Assembly: GCF_964355755.1 (NCBI RefSeq)
Contig: NC_092671.1
Span: forward strand, 23,820,070 to 23,884,069
Length of the DNA stretch: 64,000 nucleotides
Direction of reading: 5' to 3'
Source of the DNA: Antedon mediterranea
Taxonomy: Eukaryota > Animalia > Echinodermata
Shown one piece after another: positions 1-12,125 of the stretch. Position numbers and translations under genes: made by a program. The notes under the pieces were generated by a model. The model made no database searches, had not been told where the DNA came from, and saw nothing but the letters and a program-made list of their open reading frames with translations. How positions within the stretch are numbered: position 1 is the first letter of the stretch; every line of letters starts with the position of its first letter.

Positions 1-134
1 CAGTACTATAAAACGTTTTTCTTTAAAATAAGGTCTCATCTGTTTATAACATTTGAGACAGTCCCTAAATGTTAAGATTATCCCTTTAGCTATCGACTAT
101 GACCCTGCTGTTTTTGTTCTACAGTACTGTACTG

Positions 135-343
135 TGATTATAAACAAGAAATATTTCTTACAAAAAACGCTGCTCGCTTATTGACGTAACACTATACAGT
201 TTTAAAGATATATTGTCCCTCTGAAAAATATTTTTTATTTCAAATTTGTTTCTTAATGTGTCATTTTATTGTCACATAATAGTTATTTTACCTGAAAAAA
301 TGTAATTTAAAGCAAAAAATACTTCAAATTGTCTGTCAGACAA
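135..343 (+). repeat. Copy 1 of an about 200-bp direct repeat (copy 2 at 16444-16643)
   Basis: acaagaaatatttc..aaaacgctgctcgcttattgacgtaaca..tattgtccctctgaaaaata..aattgtctgtcagacaa is present at both sites with small indels. Confidence 0.9.
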
Positions 344-511
344 TGGTTTTTGAGTTATAATTAAATGTTTCTTTTCTCTTAGTTATTTATATCCATTACA
401 GATGATCGTGCATTTGAAACAAGTGACTGTGTTACAGCTTTATTTATTAAACCTTATTTAGTGAGGGTAACCCTAAACAGCATAAGCTGACAATCAAGGG
501 GCCCTCATATA

Positions 512-625
512 AAGATCAAGGTCATCAGCCAGCTGATTTCTATTTTCTTCTATTAACTACAACAATGTCTGAAAGTGGTATTTCCTTATTTTGTTCAACT
601 TCAATTGGCTGATGACCTTGATCTT
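512..625. mobile_element. Small hairpin/MITE-like element
   Basis: aagatcaaggtcatcagcca ... tggctgatgaccttgatctt, a 20-bp perfect inverted repeat. Confidence 0.55.
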
Positions 626-694
626 GTACAGGTGAACTTTATGCATGCAACTGAATACCCTCTAGACTACTTAAAGTTTGCACAAGTGGAAATA

Positions 695-868
695 AGGTTT
701 ATCGAAAATTGCGTGAGCGATGCATAATGGGAAGGGTTTGGAAGCAATAGCGCCACCACCAGTATATAAAGTTTGTATTTATACGGTGGCGCTATTGCTC
801 CCAAAGCCTTCCCATCATGCCTTGTGCAATGACGTGTCTCGCGAAATCAAGGTATTTGCGATAAACCT
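695..868. mobile_element. Foldback MITE
   Basis: Termini AGGTTTATCG/CGATAAACCT flanked by TA; inner inverted repeat agcaatagcgccacc/ggtggcgctattgct. Confidence 0.7.
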
Positions 869-2409
869 TATTCTTCCACAATCTGTTGATTGGCGTCAAC
901 CAATCAAAGGGCAAGAATCCCAAAATTGTTCAACCATGAGCACTCATAGACTCTTTTCCCAGACGTTTTGTAGGTGCAACAGCTGGACCTATAAATTATA
1001 GTGGAGTTTAGATTTTCGCATTTATGTCACTCTCTCAGTACTGAACTTGCTGCTAGCTTTATATCTGATTGCGTCATCTCTTGTGACGTAGCTGGCTAAA
1101 GCAGCAGCATGAAAAGCTACTGTATTGAATATATTCAATCATTTTACCTTATTACCTTACTTAATGAAGTACTGTATAATATAGTTTGCAGATAGCCTAA
1201 ATTTTGGTTGGGGTGGCTAAAATAATTTTCAGTCATTGGGTGGTTTGGAGTTTCACATAATATTAGTATCTCTTTGGATATCAATCTGTGATCTATTTGC
1301 TGTCTATTAACATATATCAGTCATATCCATTTTAAACAATACTGTGAACATAATTTATACCAGTATGTGTAATCATTTTCAAATTTTCTATACAAAATCT
1401 CCTCTAATAAAATCTTTTACATCCTTCACCTGTGAAATCTTTAATTTTTTTTTTTAATGTGGAGTGTTTATTAAATTGTTATTATTAATATCGTCAGTAA
1501 TCCTAAATTCTTTACTCCTTCTTAAAAATCCGCCAAAACCAGAATCTAATTTTGAAAAAAACAATAACCAAAAACAGACATTTTATTCAACATTTATTTT
1601 TTCTATCTAAATTAGGATTTTATCTGTAAAAATTGATTAAACATTACCGGTAATCCAAAATTCTTATTTTATTACATTAAGTCAAGTTTAGTTTTGGCAG
1701 TGTTGATTGTATACTGCATTTTATTACAGTACATTATTGATTGTCCTGTTGTACTGTACTACAGCCTTCATACTATGAATTGAAACATACTACAGCTTTC
1801 TTCATACTAACAGCCCATTATCTGAAATGTTACAAACATGGTGAAAAACTGTTTTTCTTACAATTCACATTCATATTTAATGATGAGGGTACTGGTTTTT
1901 AAACTATATGAAAGTAAATTATTATGTCACCATTTTGAAACATTTGAGGTGATCCCTATTTGATATTAACACATTTTCACACTAATGTATTATTATTATT
2001 ATTACAACTTACAGTGTGAAAATACTCAATTTTTTATTGTATTTATGAATAAACAGGAATAATGTATTACTGGCAATTTATCAACTAATTTGATGAAACA
2101 TTCACTTTATCAAACTGATTATGTTTTGCAATGATAACATTCTTACAGATTTGTTGCAAGGATGTGAGCAAAACATGTGTATATTTTAAAGTCCAAATGT
2201 AGTAGTATAAAAACAAATACAATAACTAGGCCCAAGTTATAAAATATTTCATTGTTTTAGCTGTACAATTTCAAATCCTGTACTGTCACTTCTCGATTAT
2301 TAAAACTTTAATTTAAAATGAGACTAAAAAAACTAAATGTGCAGCCTCCCAGTGTCAAGGAGGACTTTTTTATTTATTGAATTGTTACATTTCAAACATT
2401 GTACACTAT

Positions 2410-3345
2410 TTACATTTTATAATTTGTGGAGCATGAAACTAAACGCTTGTTTTCAGACAAAAGTCTTGAGTTTTCCTCACGCAATTGTGACACAGTCGCT
2501 TCCAGATCTCCAACAGTTTGTAATCGTGCACATACTTCAGGACTTAATGGTAGCCCATCATTCCCATTACAATTGATATTTTGTTGTCTTTTTACTTTTT
2601 GAATTCCCTCCAATTCATTTACTTTACTTGATAGTGCCAACACCTCTGACACAAGATCTTTTTTTGACATATTCTCTAGTCTTTCAGATTGAAAATCATT
2701 GTAAACAGCTGTAAAATCCTTCTCATGATATCCGCCAACAACAATATCATCAAATGCATCATCCGAAGATTCTAAGTCAGTTTTTATCATTGCAACACTA
2801 GAAAAATCTGGAGTCTCAACTTTATGGTCTTCCATAAGAAATTGAGTTGTATTATAAGGTGTGGGTCTATTTTCTCTTCTTTTTGCTGCTCTTGCAGCTT
2901 CACGTTCATCGACTTCCTTTCTCTCTTCCCAGGTCAACTCTGTGTAAGGTTTCCACTTCTTTTTGTTGTTGTTATTGGTGGTGTTGTGTCTCTTTTTTCC
3001 TCTTCTGCGTTTTTTCACATTACCTCCATGGTTTTTGTGTACTCCAACTCCGATATTATGGCTTCTTTGAATGTGTTCATTTTTGTGCGGCATTGAGTCA
3101 GATATGTTTTGAAATTCTAAATTATCAATAGGCTTAGGTCCACGCTGCTGCTGCTGACCTACATAATTTTGTTGGCGAAGTGCCATAAACGAGCCAGGCG
3201 TACTACTAATAGGCCTCCTAAGCCTAGGCCTGGTAGGACTTCGCTCGGGTTCTGTTCCTTCGTCATCCCCGTCCGTACCTTCAGGTTCAAATGAAACATT
3301 TCGATCACTTTCGTCCGTCAAACTCATGATTTCTACTATGGTCAT
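2410..3345 (-). CDS. HEXIM: HEXIM family P-TEFb inhibitor / 7SK snRNA-binding protein (uninterrupted CDS, 311 aa)
   Basis: Basic ARM KKRRRGKKRH..KKKWKPYTELTWEERK, diagnostic PYNTTQFLMEDH motif, acidic stretch, then C-terminal coiled coils (FTAVYNDFQSERLENMSKKDLVSEVLAL; LEATVSQLREENSRLLSEN) matching the cyclin T-binding domain layout of HEXIM1/2. Confidence 0.95.
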   Translation of the reverse strand: MTIVEIMSLTDESDRNVSFEPEGTDGDDEGTEPERSPTRPRLRRPISSTPGSFMALRQQNYVGQQQQRGPKPIDNLEFQNISDSMPHKNEHIQRSHNIGVGVHKNHGGNVKKRRRGKKRHNTTNNNNKKKWKPYTELTWEERKEVDEREAARAAKRRENRPTPYNTTQFLMEDHKVETPDFSSVAMIKTDLESSDDAFDDIVVGGYHEKDFTAVYNDFQSERLENMSKKDLVSEVLALSSKVNELEGIQKVKRQQNINCNGNDGLPLSPEVCARLQTVGDLEATVSQLREENSRLLSENKRLVSCSTNYKM

Positions 3346-3479
3346 TAAGTCCGATTGTCTTTAATGTACAGAAAACAGTTTAATGTTATGATTTCCACTA
3401 GGCCTAGCCCTAGCTACTGCACTAGACCATGGATATGTAGACGTACCTGCCAATCAATAGTTTTACCTATCTAGGCTAG

Positions 3480-3660
3480 GCCAGGTAAAAAAAAAAAATC
3501 AACAAACCAGCCAGCCAAGCACAACAACATCACATCACACGTACATCACGAACGAAATCGACTCTCTCCTCTCTTCCCCCGTCACACACACGCCACCACC
3601 ACCAGTATTCGCCAAAAATAGCGTCGCTAGGCGGCGCAAGTTCATAAAGTAAAATCTTCG
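3480..3660 (-). promoter_or_regulatory. Probable HEXIM promoter / 5' end region
   Basis: Local CpG- and GC-rich patch (gcgtcgctaggcggcgc, gccaccaccacc) just upstream of the HEXIM start codon in otherwise AT-rich DNA. The TSS cannot be determined. Confidence 0.35.
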
Positions 3661-4977
3661 ATAAAGTCAAAAGATTATAAACGAGAACTTATTTAATATT
3701 AGTCCGGGTTCCCTGCACCCCTTCCCTGCATCCCTACCTTTTTTTTTGTATTTTGATGTACCTATATATCCGGTGAACTAAAAAATAGATGTTAACATCG
3801 AATATCCTCATTCCCGAGATGGGTTTTTAACGTATTTTAAAAAACGATTTAATTTCAGATTTTTTACCAATTTGGGGTAGGGGGTAATACAAATAGCCAT
3901 AAGTACAGTTTTCCTTGAACAAATCATTCATTCTTGGTATCAATGTATAGACATTAATGACATTACAAAAGGTCAAAAGGTCACATCTTTTTTGAAAAGG
4001 AAAAAATATCTGGTATCTACAAATATGTCAATATAGGCATATCTTATACCAACATTGTTGTTCAAAAATTTGCTAAAATGATTCATATATGATAGCTAGG
4101 TATATGAAATCTGATTCATCCATATAACCATTTTTAGGTATATGTATATAGCTATAAATATGTACACAACTTAACAGAATCAGTTTAATTGTTTCGTGCA
4201 TTTTTGGGAGTAGGCCTAAACAATACAGTTTGATCGGAATTTCAAGTAATTATAGTGGAAGAGATTATATGAGATACGAGCGTGCGCACGCCGCACAAAT
4301 CAGACTTGAACGCAATGAATGAACTCAGAGAGACCAATTAGCACGAATTACCATGTACCAGTAAATATAAAATTGTAATACTGTATTATGAACTTGAAAT
4401 ATTTCACCCATTTGGGCAAGAGGAGGGTAGGCATATCATATAGCTACTGAATCTAGCTAAAAAATATGGTGAACTGGGACAAAATTGTAGACAAAGGCTT
4501 TTGGTTTTAAATGAATGTATATGTTGTCCTGACAACATACAACAAATCAACCCTCCATCATCCACCGCCTTTATAATGCAAATGAGCATAAATATTCAAA
4601 TTAGCTATAAAACCCATATTTTCACGGTATCTCCTATACTAATAATCCATTCATTACAATTTTGTGGCAAACCACATGTTTTCATACCCAATGAACACAT
4701 TTAAAGCATTTTCAGTGATCAAATACCATGTATAACAGGTGAAACGCAATTTAAGTCACGCTTGAGTGATGTTTATCCAAAATTAACATTTTTTCTGTAG
4801 ATTTAGGTTCAGATAACCCGCTACTCTACGCTTTCTTTTGTTTTTATGAACCACAAACAATATTAACAGATAACTAATGTGACCTTGTGTTTGTGATTAT
4901 ATTTGTAAATTGTATTATATTGACTGAAATGTATGTGCAATGTTAGATACAGACGTACTACAGTTATATATTCACCT

Positions 4978-5534
4978 TGTTGAACCCACAAATGTGAAAA
5001 CAATTACAAATGTGAAAACGTATTACCCTCACATGTGAAAACAACCACAAATGTAAAAACAGCACCCACAAATGTGAAAAAAAAAGACAGACCTTTTCGA
5101 ACACAAATGTAAAAAAAAATCAAATCAAATTTAGTGCTAGACCCAAACAATTTTAATCGAGTTAATGTTTTTTATATACATTGTATTGAGTTAACATTAA
5201 CGACGACCCTAACAGACGTATCGTGAACACACAATTTTATTGAAACAACTCAATACACATGACACTCGAATACACATTAGCACTAAATTTGATTTGAATG
5301 TTTTTTACATTTGTGGGCTATTTTTTTTACATTCGTGGGCGTTATCACATTGTGGGCGATGATCGTTTTCACATTTGTGGGCGCTGTTTATTACATTTGT
5401 GGGTGATGCGTTTTTACATTTGTGGTTGTTTTCACATTTGTGAGTGATGCGTTTTCACATTTGTGGGTGATGCGTTTTCACATTTGTGGTTGTTTTCACA
5501 TTTTTGGGCGTTTTCACATTTTGTGGGTTCAACA
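4978..5534. mobile_element. MITE with TGT...ACA ends and subterminal arrays of CACAAATGTGAAAAC (Ginger-like termini)
   Basis: TIR tgttgaacccacaaa/tttgtgggttcaaca; mirror-oriented tandem motifs in both arms; possible 5-bp TSD cacct/cacat. Confidence 0.8.
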
Positions 5535-6210
5535 CACATTCATTCTTCTACATGATTCCCACAGGTAACGGGACATTCTAATTGTAGGCTACTTGTAACA
5601 TTCATTACATGCAGTAGACGTTATACCCTTGTTCACAATTACACCTATACCTATGTGTGCTCATTATTTTTTTAAAGAAATAATATTTTATTTTAATTAA
5701 TAGACTTAAAAGAGAGGAGATATGCACCGCTGAAAGATATGGCTTATGCCTGTGTATCTCATCTGATACGCTCCTATGATCTAGGTACGTCATGGAACAA
5801 CTAGAACAAACAACAAGAACAAATTTAAATATAGGCCTAAACGAAAGCACACATTTATTCCAATTAAGTTTTTCCAAAAGATATGATATCTCATTATCAT
5901 TCTATCCATGTTAGGAGTTGTAGTTTTATAAAGTTATATTTACAGTACAATGATAATCAATAATTTCATAGTTTAACATGACTTAAGTTTGCATCAAATG
6001 ACACATTTAGGTTAAGCAATGGTTTGCCTAGAGGTAGTAGACTCAATTAATAGTCTTGTTCATAGTGAGCAAGTATTTTTTTTATGTACTGCTTTTTAAA
6101 GTTTCTAACTAAACTTTACTCTGCTTTTTTTTTCTCACGTTATTGCTTTTTTCATGTCTGGTTAAAGGACAGACTTCCTTTTCCTAGTCTGTCGATTTAA
6201 GACATTGCAT

Positions 6211-6637
6211 TACAGAAAGGAATGCCACAAAACAGGATCCTCTGGTAAGGAACTGACTTTTTAACACATTAAACCAATGACCATCACATCGTATCTTTGA
6301 ATTTTCTTATGGCTATCTTTCTATGGTCAATAAATGACAATTATACTCACCCCAAAATTGGCCGATCTTTTCTATTTCAAGAATGCCTTTTAATACACAT
6401 GGTCAATTCCACAAAAATAAAGATTCATAATTGGTATATTAAGGGATAATCTTGATACAGAAGGGATCACTACAATCAGGTGTGAAGGTTATTATGATTT
6501 ATTGACAGGCATAAAAGGTCCCAAAACTGTTTTTTTTTGGAGTTGACATCATCATACGTTTCATGTATGTGGGACATTCGAGAAGTTAAAAAGTCAGTTC
6601 TAATTCGAGGTTTCTGATTTTGTAGAGTCATTACAGT
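6211..6637. mobile_element. Degenerate MITE
   Basis: Inverted arms gaactgactttttaac / gttaaaaagtcagttc with degenerate outer extension. Confidence 0.45.
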
Positions 6638-6766
6638 ACAACGGTTGAGGAATACGCACCAAAAGAACTTGAAAATGATAATGTGATACCATATCGTTTG
6701 GCAATAATCTAATGAAAATATCGATGTGTGTTTTTTTTATTCTCGTTTTTTGAAAACGTAATTAAA

Positions 6767-6767
<1 letters not shown>

Positions 6768-6843
<76 letters not shown>

Positions 6844-6888
6844 GTGTTATTATTATTGTTATTATTATTATTATTAGTGTTAGTGTTA

Positions 6889-6947
<59 letters not shown>

Positions 6948-6950
6948 TAT
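6768..6950 (+). repeat. (TTA)n microsatellite with GTG/GTT interruptions, forming the LINE 3' tail
   Basis: About 60 TTA units directly abutting the polyadenylation signal of the minus-strand LINE. Confidence 0.95.
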
Positions 6951-8882
6951 TGCCAAAAACCAGTTACAAACATACAAAAACACAGAAACTAAGGGAGTAG
7001 GCAGGAACCTAATCACTATAACAAGAGTTCAGGTTCCGTACTCCCAAAGTAACAACTATAAAAAATAAATAAAGGATTCAAGAAAAAATACAAATAGACG
7101 AATCAACAGTGTCAATATAAAACAAAAGGATAAATTACTTATAGTCGATTCAACAAAGTCAATATAATACATGTGATTTAAGTGAATTTAAAAATGTTGG
7201 AAAACTGTCTAAAATTAAAGAAATTTTAATCATTTCCGGTAACTCTTCCCATAACCTATAGGGAATATGTTAATAGCGGAATGATGAAGACAATTGATTC
7301 GAGCATAGTGATGAATGAACTTGAGTGTATCAAGGTGACGGCCATTAATAACTACAGATTGACGAACACTACTACAATCAACCGTTCCAATAAGTGATTT
7401 ACAAACAAAGGATAACAGAAGATAATTTCTTCGATTAGATAGTGTAGGCCAATTTAGCTTAGTGAGACGTTCCTCGTATTCCATTCCACCTCTTCTTTGT
7501 TTGAGGACAAGCCTAGTAGCCCTTCGCTGGACTGCCTCAATACGTTCCGTAAGTTTTTTGGTTCGAGGCAACCACGCAGGGACACCATATTCAAGGATGG
7601 GGACAATGAGAGCTTTATGAGCGAGAAAATTGCTGAAGGGGATGGTCCTCCTGCAATACTAGTAATAAAACCCAACATTCGATTTGAACGAGAAATAATT
7701 AAGTTTACATGGCCATCCCAAGTAAGATCACTATTAATCGTGACCCCCGGATGACAATGACTAGATACGGATTTAATAGGCAAGTCATTTATATGATAAA
7801 CAGGTCTATACTCTTTCCTTGACCTTGTAATGTGGAGAACCTTGGTTTTATTTAAGTTAAGCTCCATTTCATTTAGATCACACCAAGAGGAAAGCCTGAT
7901 CAGATCGCACTGAAGAACAACTTCATCGTCTACTGCAAATATATTTCTATAAATTATCGTGTCATCGGCAAACAATGCACATGGGGAGATAATAGATGAG
8001 GGAAGGTCATTTATAAACAAGTTAAAAATAAGGGGTCCAAGTACGCTGCCCTGTGGTATGCCAGCGGTAACTGGGGATGATGGGCTAATGGATCCTTGAG
8101 ACAAGACTCTTTGGGAACGTCCCAATAGAAATGACTTGATCCATTTCCAGAGACATTGCCTCTGATATTGAAGTGACTAGCCAGCTTCTTTAAAATAATA
8201 TGGTGAGGCAGTTTATCAAACGCTTTGGCGTAGTCGAGAAAGATAACATCAATTATGGGGGCTTTAGTTTTATCCAGCGAAGATGCCCAGGAATGAGTTA
8301 GGTTGGTAAGTTGAGTAACACAGGAACGGGAGGGAAAAAAATCCGTGCTGGGCTTCTGTAATTGGACAATAAGCAACGTGATCAGATATACTTGAAAATA
8401 GTATTTTTTCAAGCAGTTTCGAACATATAGGGGTAAGGGATATAGGTCTGTAATTACAAATTGCATTTTTATCACCAGATTTAAATATAGGAGTGATATG
8501 GGACATTTTCCACTTAGCGGGAATTTCCCCCATACGCAGGGACAAGTTAAACAAATTAAATAATGGTGGAGCAATAAATTCGGAAGCAGATTTCAAAATA
8601 TATGGATGCACGGAATCAGGACCTGGAGATTTATTAGACGAAAGTTCATTAATCACCTTCTCAACATTATAAACGTTAAAGTTAAGTTGAGAAAGTTCAG
8701 GGATTGGGACATTACAAATCGAAGGTTCACAGCTGGGAATTATGGGTGGGTAAAAAACAGAAACAAAAAAAGCATTAAATGAGCTAGCAATTACAGGGTG
8801 TGACGAAACATTCACATCGTTAATATTAAAAGATAATGGTGCTGGTGATCTTCTACGTTCTCTAACAAAACGCCAGAAAGTA
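6768..8882 (-). mobile_element. 5'-truncated, frameshifted non-LTR retrotransposon (CR1/Jockey-like RT) with (TAA)n tail
   Basis: Frameshifted RT pieces: KSPGPDSVHP, NYRPISLT, QHGF, IFLDYAKAFDKLPH, GIPQGSVLGPLIFNLFIND, FADD, IEAVQRRATR. A 3' UTR follows, then AATAAA (6946-6951) and the microsatellite tail. Confidence 0.9.
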
Positions 8883-9138
8883 TTACAATGAAATATTATT
8901 TTTCCACACAAATAAGAACACACATACAGATGTAGCCTGTGGAAATAAAAGTAAAACATTGAAAAAAAAAGGCCACGGGCTTCTTTAGTACTTTTGGGTG
9001 GCTTCTTTTCTTTTCGAAATGGCTTTCTTTTCGAGATTACTTTTGCAAACTAAAAAGGGGGCTGCTTTTCGAGAAAAAAATATGCTGTAATTATTATCAA
9101 CTGCCAATTGTATATATTTGTGATCAAAATACTATTTT

Positions 9139-9262
9139 AAGCTGTAGCTTGGTGGTTAACATGCTTGCCAATCCAAAGGTCCAGGTTCAATCTTGACCAG
9201 TTCCAGGGAAACTCGTAATTTGGCGAGTTACTCGCTTTTGGATGCGTATGAAGTAAAAAAAA
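9139..9262 (+). mobile_element. Internally deleted tRNA-derived SINE
   Basis: Head agctgtagcttggtggttaac..ggttcaatc and tail gtaatttggcgagtt..ctcgct match the SINE at 33842. Confidence 0.65.
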
Positions 9263-9829
9263 TAAGTAAGTGAACTTGATTTGTAATGCCCCAGATATGT
9301 ATGTTGTAGCAAATATTTTGACATTGTATCGCATGGAACGCCTTTAGAATGGTTTCAAGAGTGTTGGAAACGCTGAAAACATACGGAACAGTATATATCT
9401 GAGCCAAAGAGTGAATTTTATGATTTGATTTAAATAACATGTGACGTCACAAAGAACATCATCTTCGGCATGTCTTCGGAAGCAACGTCTTCGGAAGCAT
9501 TGGGATGCTCGGAAATGTCACTTATAGGCTAGTCAATCTAGCAAAAACAGCCCAAAGTGAAACAAATTGAAAACTGAGATTTTCTTTTTTTAAATGGTCA
9601 TATATTTATGACGTGCTCAGGATAGACGTGTATAGCGAGCGCTCCTCATTTGACTACAATTTACACGGCGTGTATGCATCATGGCCACCAAACTCGCTCT
9701 CGCCCAGCCGATATTGAAAGTGCTTGTTCCAACCCTGTGGACTTTAACAATTTTGTACATGCTTCCCTAAAATCATTATTAGATGGGCAGGCAAAAATTA
9801 AAGAGGATTTGAACCAAGCTATTGGATTT

Positions 9830-11144
9830 TATTTTATTTTTATTTTATTTCGTTTTCTTTCAGTAGGGTAGCCCTCTCAGTAATAAAATAAACTGCTCTT
9901 CCGAGGGGCCCTACGGCACATTTAAACAAAATTTGAAAACAACTTAAACTAAACTTAGGCCTAAACTAAAACTTAAACTAAAACTAAACTTCAATGCATG
10001 TTCTCATTATTATTATAACTTTTATACCATATTTAAATATATTTCACTGGAACCATCCTAGACCACCGGCAACAATAAATGAATCTTAAGAAGTGATTTA
10101 AAACGGTTATAATTGTTTTGTTTTCTTAAATCATAAGGTAGGCCATTCCAGAGTGAACTTCCATAATAAACAAAACTACGTTTGTATATTTCGAGGTTAC
10201 ATCTGAGCAAATACAACAGATTATTTTCATAGTTTCTGGTTTGAATATTGTGTACACTACTAATATATTGCAAAACATCACATAGGTACAGATTCTTGTA
10301 AACATCTAAATATTGTACAAATTGTATGATATTCAATTCTTGTCTTAATTGTTAGCCAACCTAAATCATAATGCATTTGTCTAAGAGGAGTTCGAATATC
10401 AGCACCTAGTATTAATCGTGCAGCTCTATTTTGTACCCTTTGCAATTTTAAAATATGGGTGTTTGAACCAGTACCCCAGACTGTTGAACAATAGTCAATA
10501 TAAAAATAGAGCATTGTATAATCTTTTAATAATTTTAGGAGATGTAAAACTTTTCAATCTATAAAATAGATGTAGAATTTTTGATAGTTTTGCACATAAT
10601 AGAATCAATATGTACTTTCCATGAGAGTTGTTCATCAAATGTAAGTCCCAAATATTTAAACGTTTCAACTTTCTCAATCGGAATGTTATCAAAAATTACT
10701 GTTTCATCTGTTGTTTTATTAACACGTGCATGAGTACCAAAAAGCATGTAGGCCTATTTGGTTTTATCAATGTTTAGAGTTAATTTATGTTTATCTAACC
10801 ATTGTTTTACATTTTCCAACTGTTCAGTTAAAACTGTTGTAGGCCTAAGCTCTTCATTTGATTTACATGCATAAAAAAGCGCAGTGTCGTCTGCATAGAG
10901 GACTGTTTTACAAATCCCATCAACACTATCATGTAAGTCATTTATGTATAAAATAAACAACAAAGGGCCAAGAATTGAGCCTTGTGGTACCCCATAGTTG
11001 ACATTTAAAATTTCAGATTTTTTTCCATTAAAATTAACAAATTGTTTGCGATTTTTTAAATAATTACTGAACCATGCAAGCTCAGTGTTTATCATTCCAA
11101 AGGTGCATAATTTACGTAATAAAATATCGTGGTCTACCGTATTT
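9830..11144 (-). mobile_element. 5'-truncated CR1/L2-group LINE inserted antisense into ORF1 of the host LINE
   Basis: RT motifs TVDHDILL, GVPQGSILGPLLFILYIND, YADD, FKYLG, LQRVQNRAARLI; 3' stem-loop (gggcccctc...gagagggctaccct) and (AAAAT)n tail. ATTT is shared at both junctions (9826-9829 and 11141-11144). Confidence 0.9.
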
Positions 11145-12125
11145 AACCCGGACAGAATCGCAGCACTCGAAGAAAACGATATTATCAAGGCTAACAAGAT
11201 TGGTCAACTCGAACAAACGGTTGATAAATTATCATCTACGGTTGCGAAGCTGGAACTAGAGGCCAACAAATCCGAACGCTTCAGCCGACGTAACAACGTT
11301 CGAATTGTGGGACTTAAAGAAGAATCAGGTGAGGATTGTGTTGTCTTGGCCAGGAACATTCTAATAACTTTGAATTTAGTGAAATACCAACGATAGAGCG
11401 TGCACATCGAGTCGGTCCTGTACTGCCGGTGAGGCCCCGACACATTATAATTAAACTACTTAGTTATAACTCTAAAGTTCAAGTCATGAAACAGAAGAAT
11501 ATTGCCTTACAAGATAAACAGTTTTACGTGATAGATGATCTGACCTTAGTGGATTATAAAGAAAAGAAGAAATGGAAATTTCAAGTTAAAGCTTTATATG
11601 ACAATGGAACTAAACTTAAATTCTCTGCTGGTAAATGGCGAACTTCTACGGGAACTCCCTATATATTCAAGTAACTTTTACGGTGTTTTGAGGAACTGGG
11701 ATATGAATGGTTTCTTTTTCTCTGCCTTCTTTCATTTTGTAATGTCAGTATATTTAACCTGGCTTTGCTTGTTTAAATTCCAAGCATGTCCGCTACGTAC
11801 CATTATGCAAATTATACCCGGTTGCATACCTAATGTATTATTCTCCGTTTTATACACGGGGAGTGCAACGCTTACGCTACCTATGTATTAGTAATACGGC
11901 AGCACTAAACAGAATTGTTTTATGTTTAATTATTGTTATATTTAGTTTTTTATTTTATTATATTATTGTTAACTTTTACCTAATGTTTAAATTATCTACG
12001 ATACCTATAATTAATGTGCCAATCCAACCCTACAACTGATGTGAAATTTAACCCTTTTGTGGCATACGAGAACATGAATATTAACGAAAATGTTGATCCA
12101 CACTCTCAATTTTATGTTAGTTTAA

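Noticed and set aside
402-461. Possible terminal exon of a plus-strand gene (ccattacag|ATGATCGTGCA...)
   Set aside because: Acceptor-like site, but the short peptide has no recognisable homology and runs into a LINE 3'-end remnant at about 440-507.
2160-2170. GGATGTGAG, matching the vertebrate 7SK 5' end, near HEXIM
   Set aside because: A 9-nt match only. The GATC-containing 5' stem does not follow, so it is a chance match in the probable 3' UTR.
2824-3131. Plus-strand ORFs overlapping HEXIM
   Set aside because: Antisense shadows of the HEXIM coding sequence with low-complexity composition.
3359-3446. Possible 88-nt intron in the HEXIM 5' UTR (cag|gtacgt ... taaag|)
   Set aside because: The donor is plausible but the acceptor is weak, and there is no transcript evidence.
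6762-7068. Poly-Asn and poly-Leu ORFs
   Set aside because: They are translations of the (TTA)n LINE tail, not genes.
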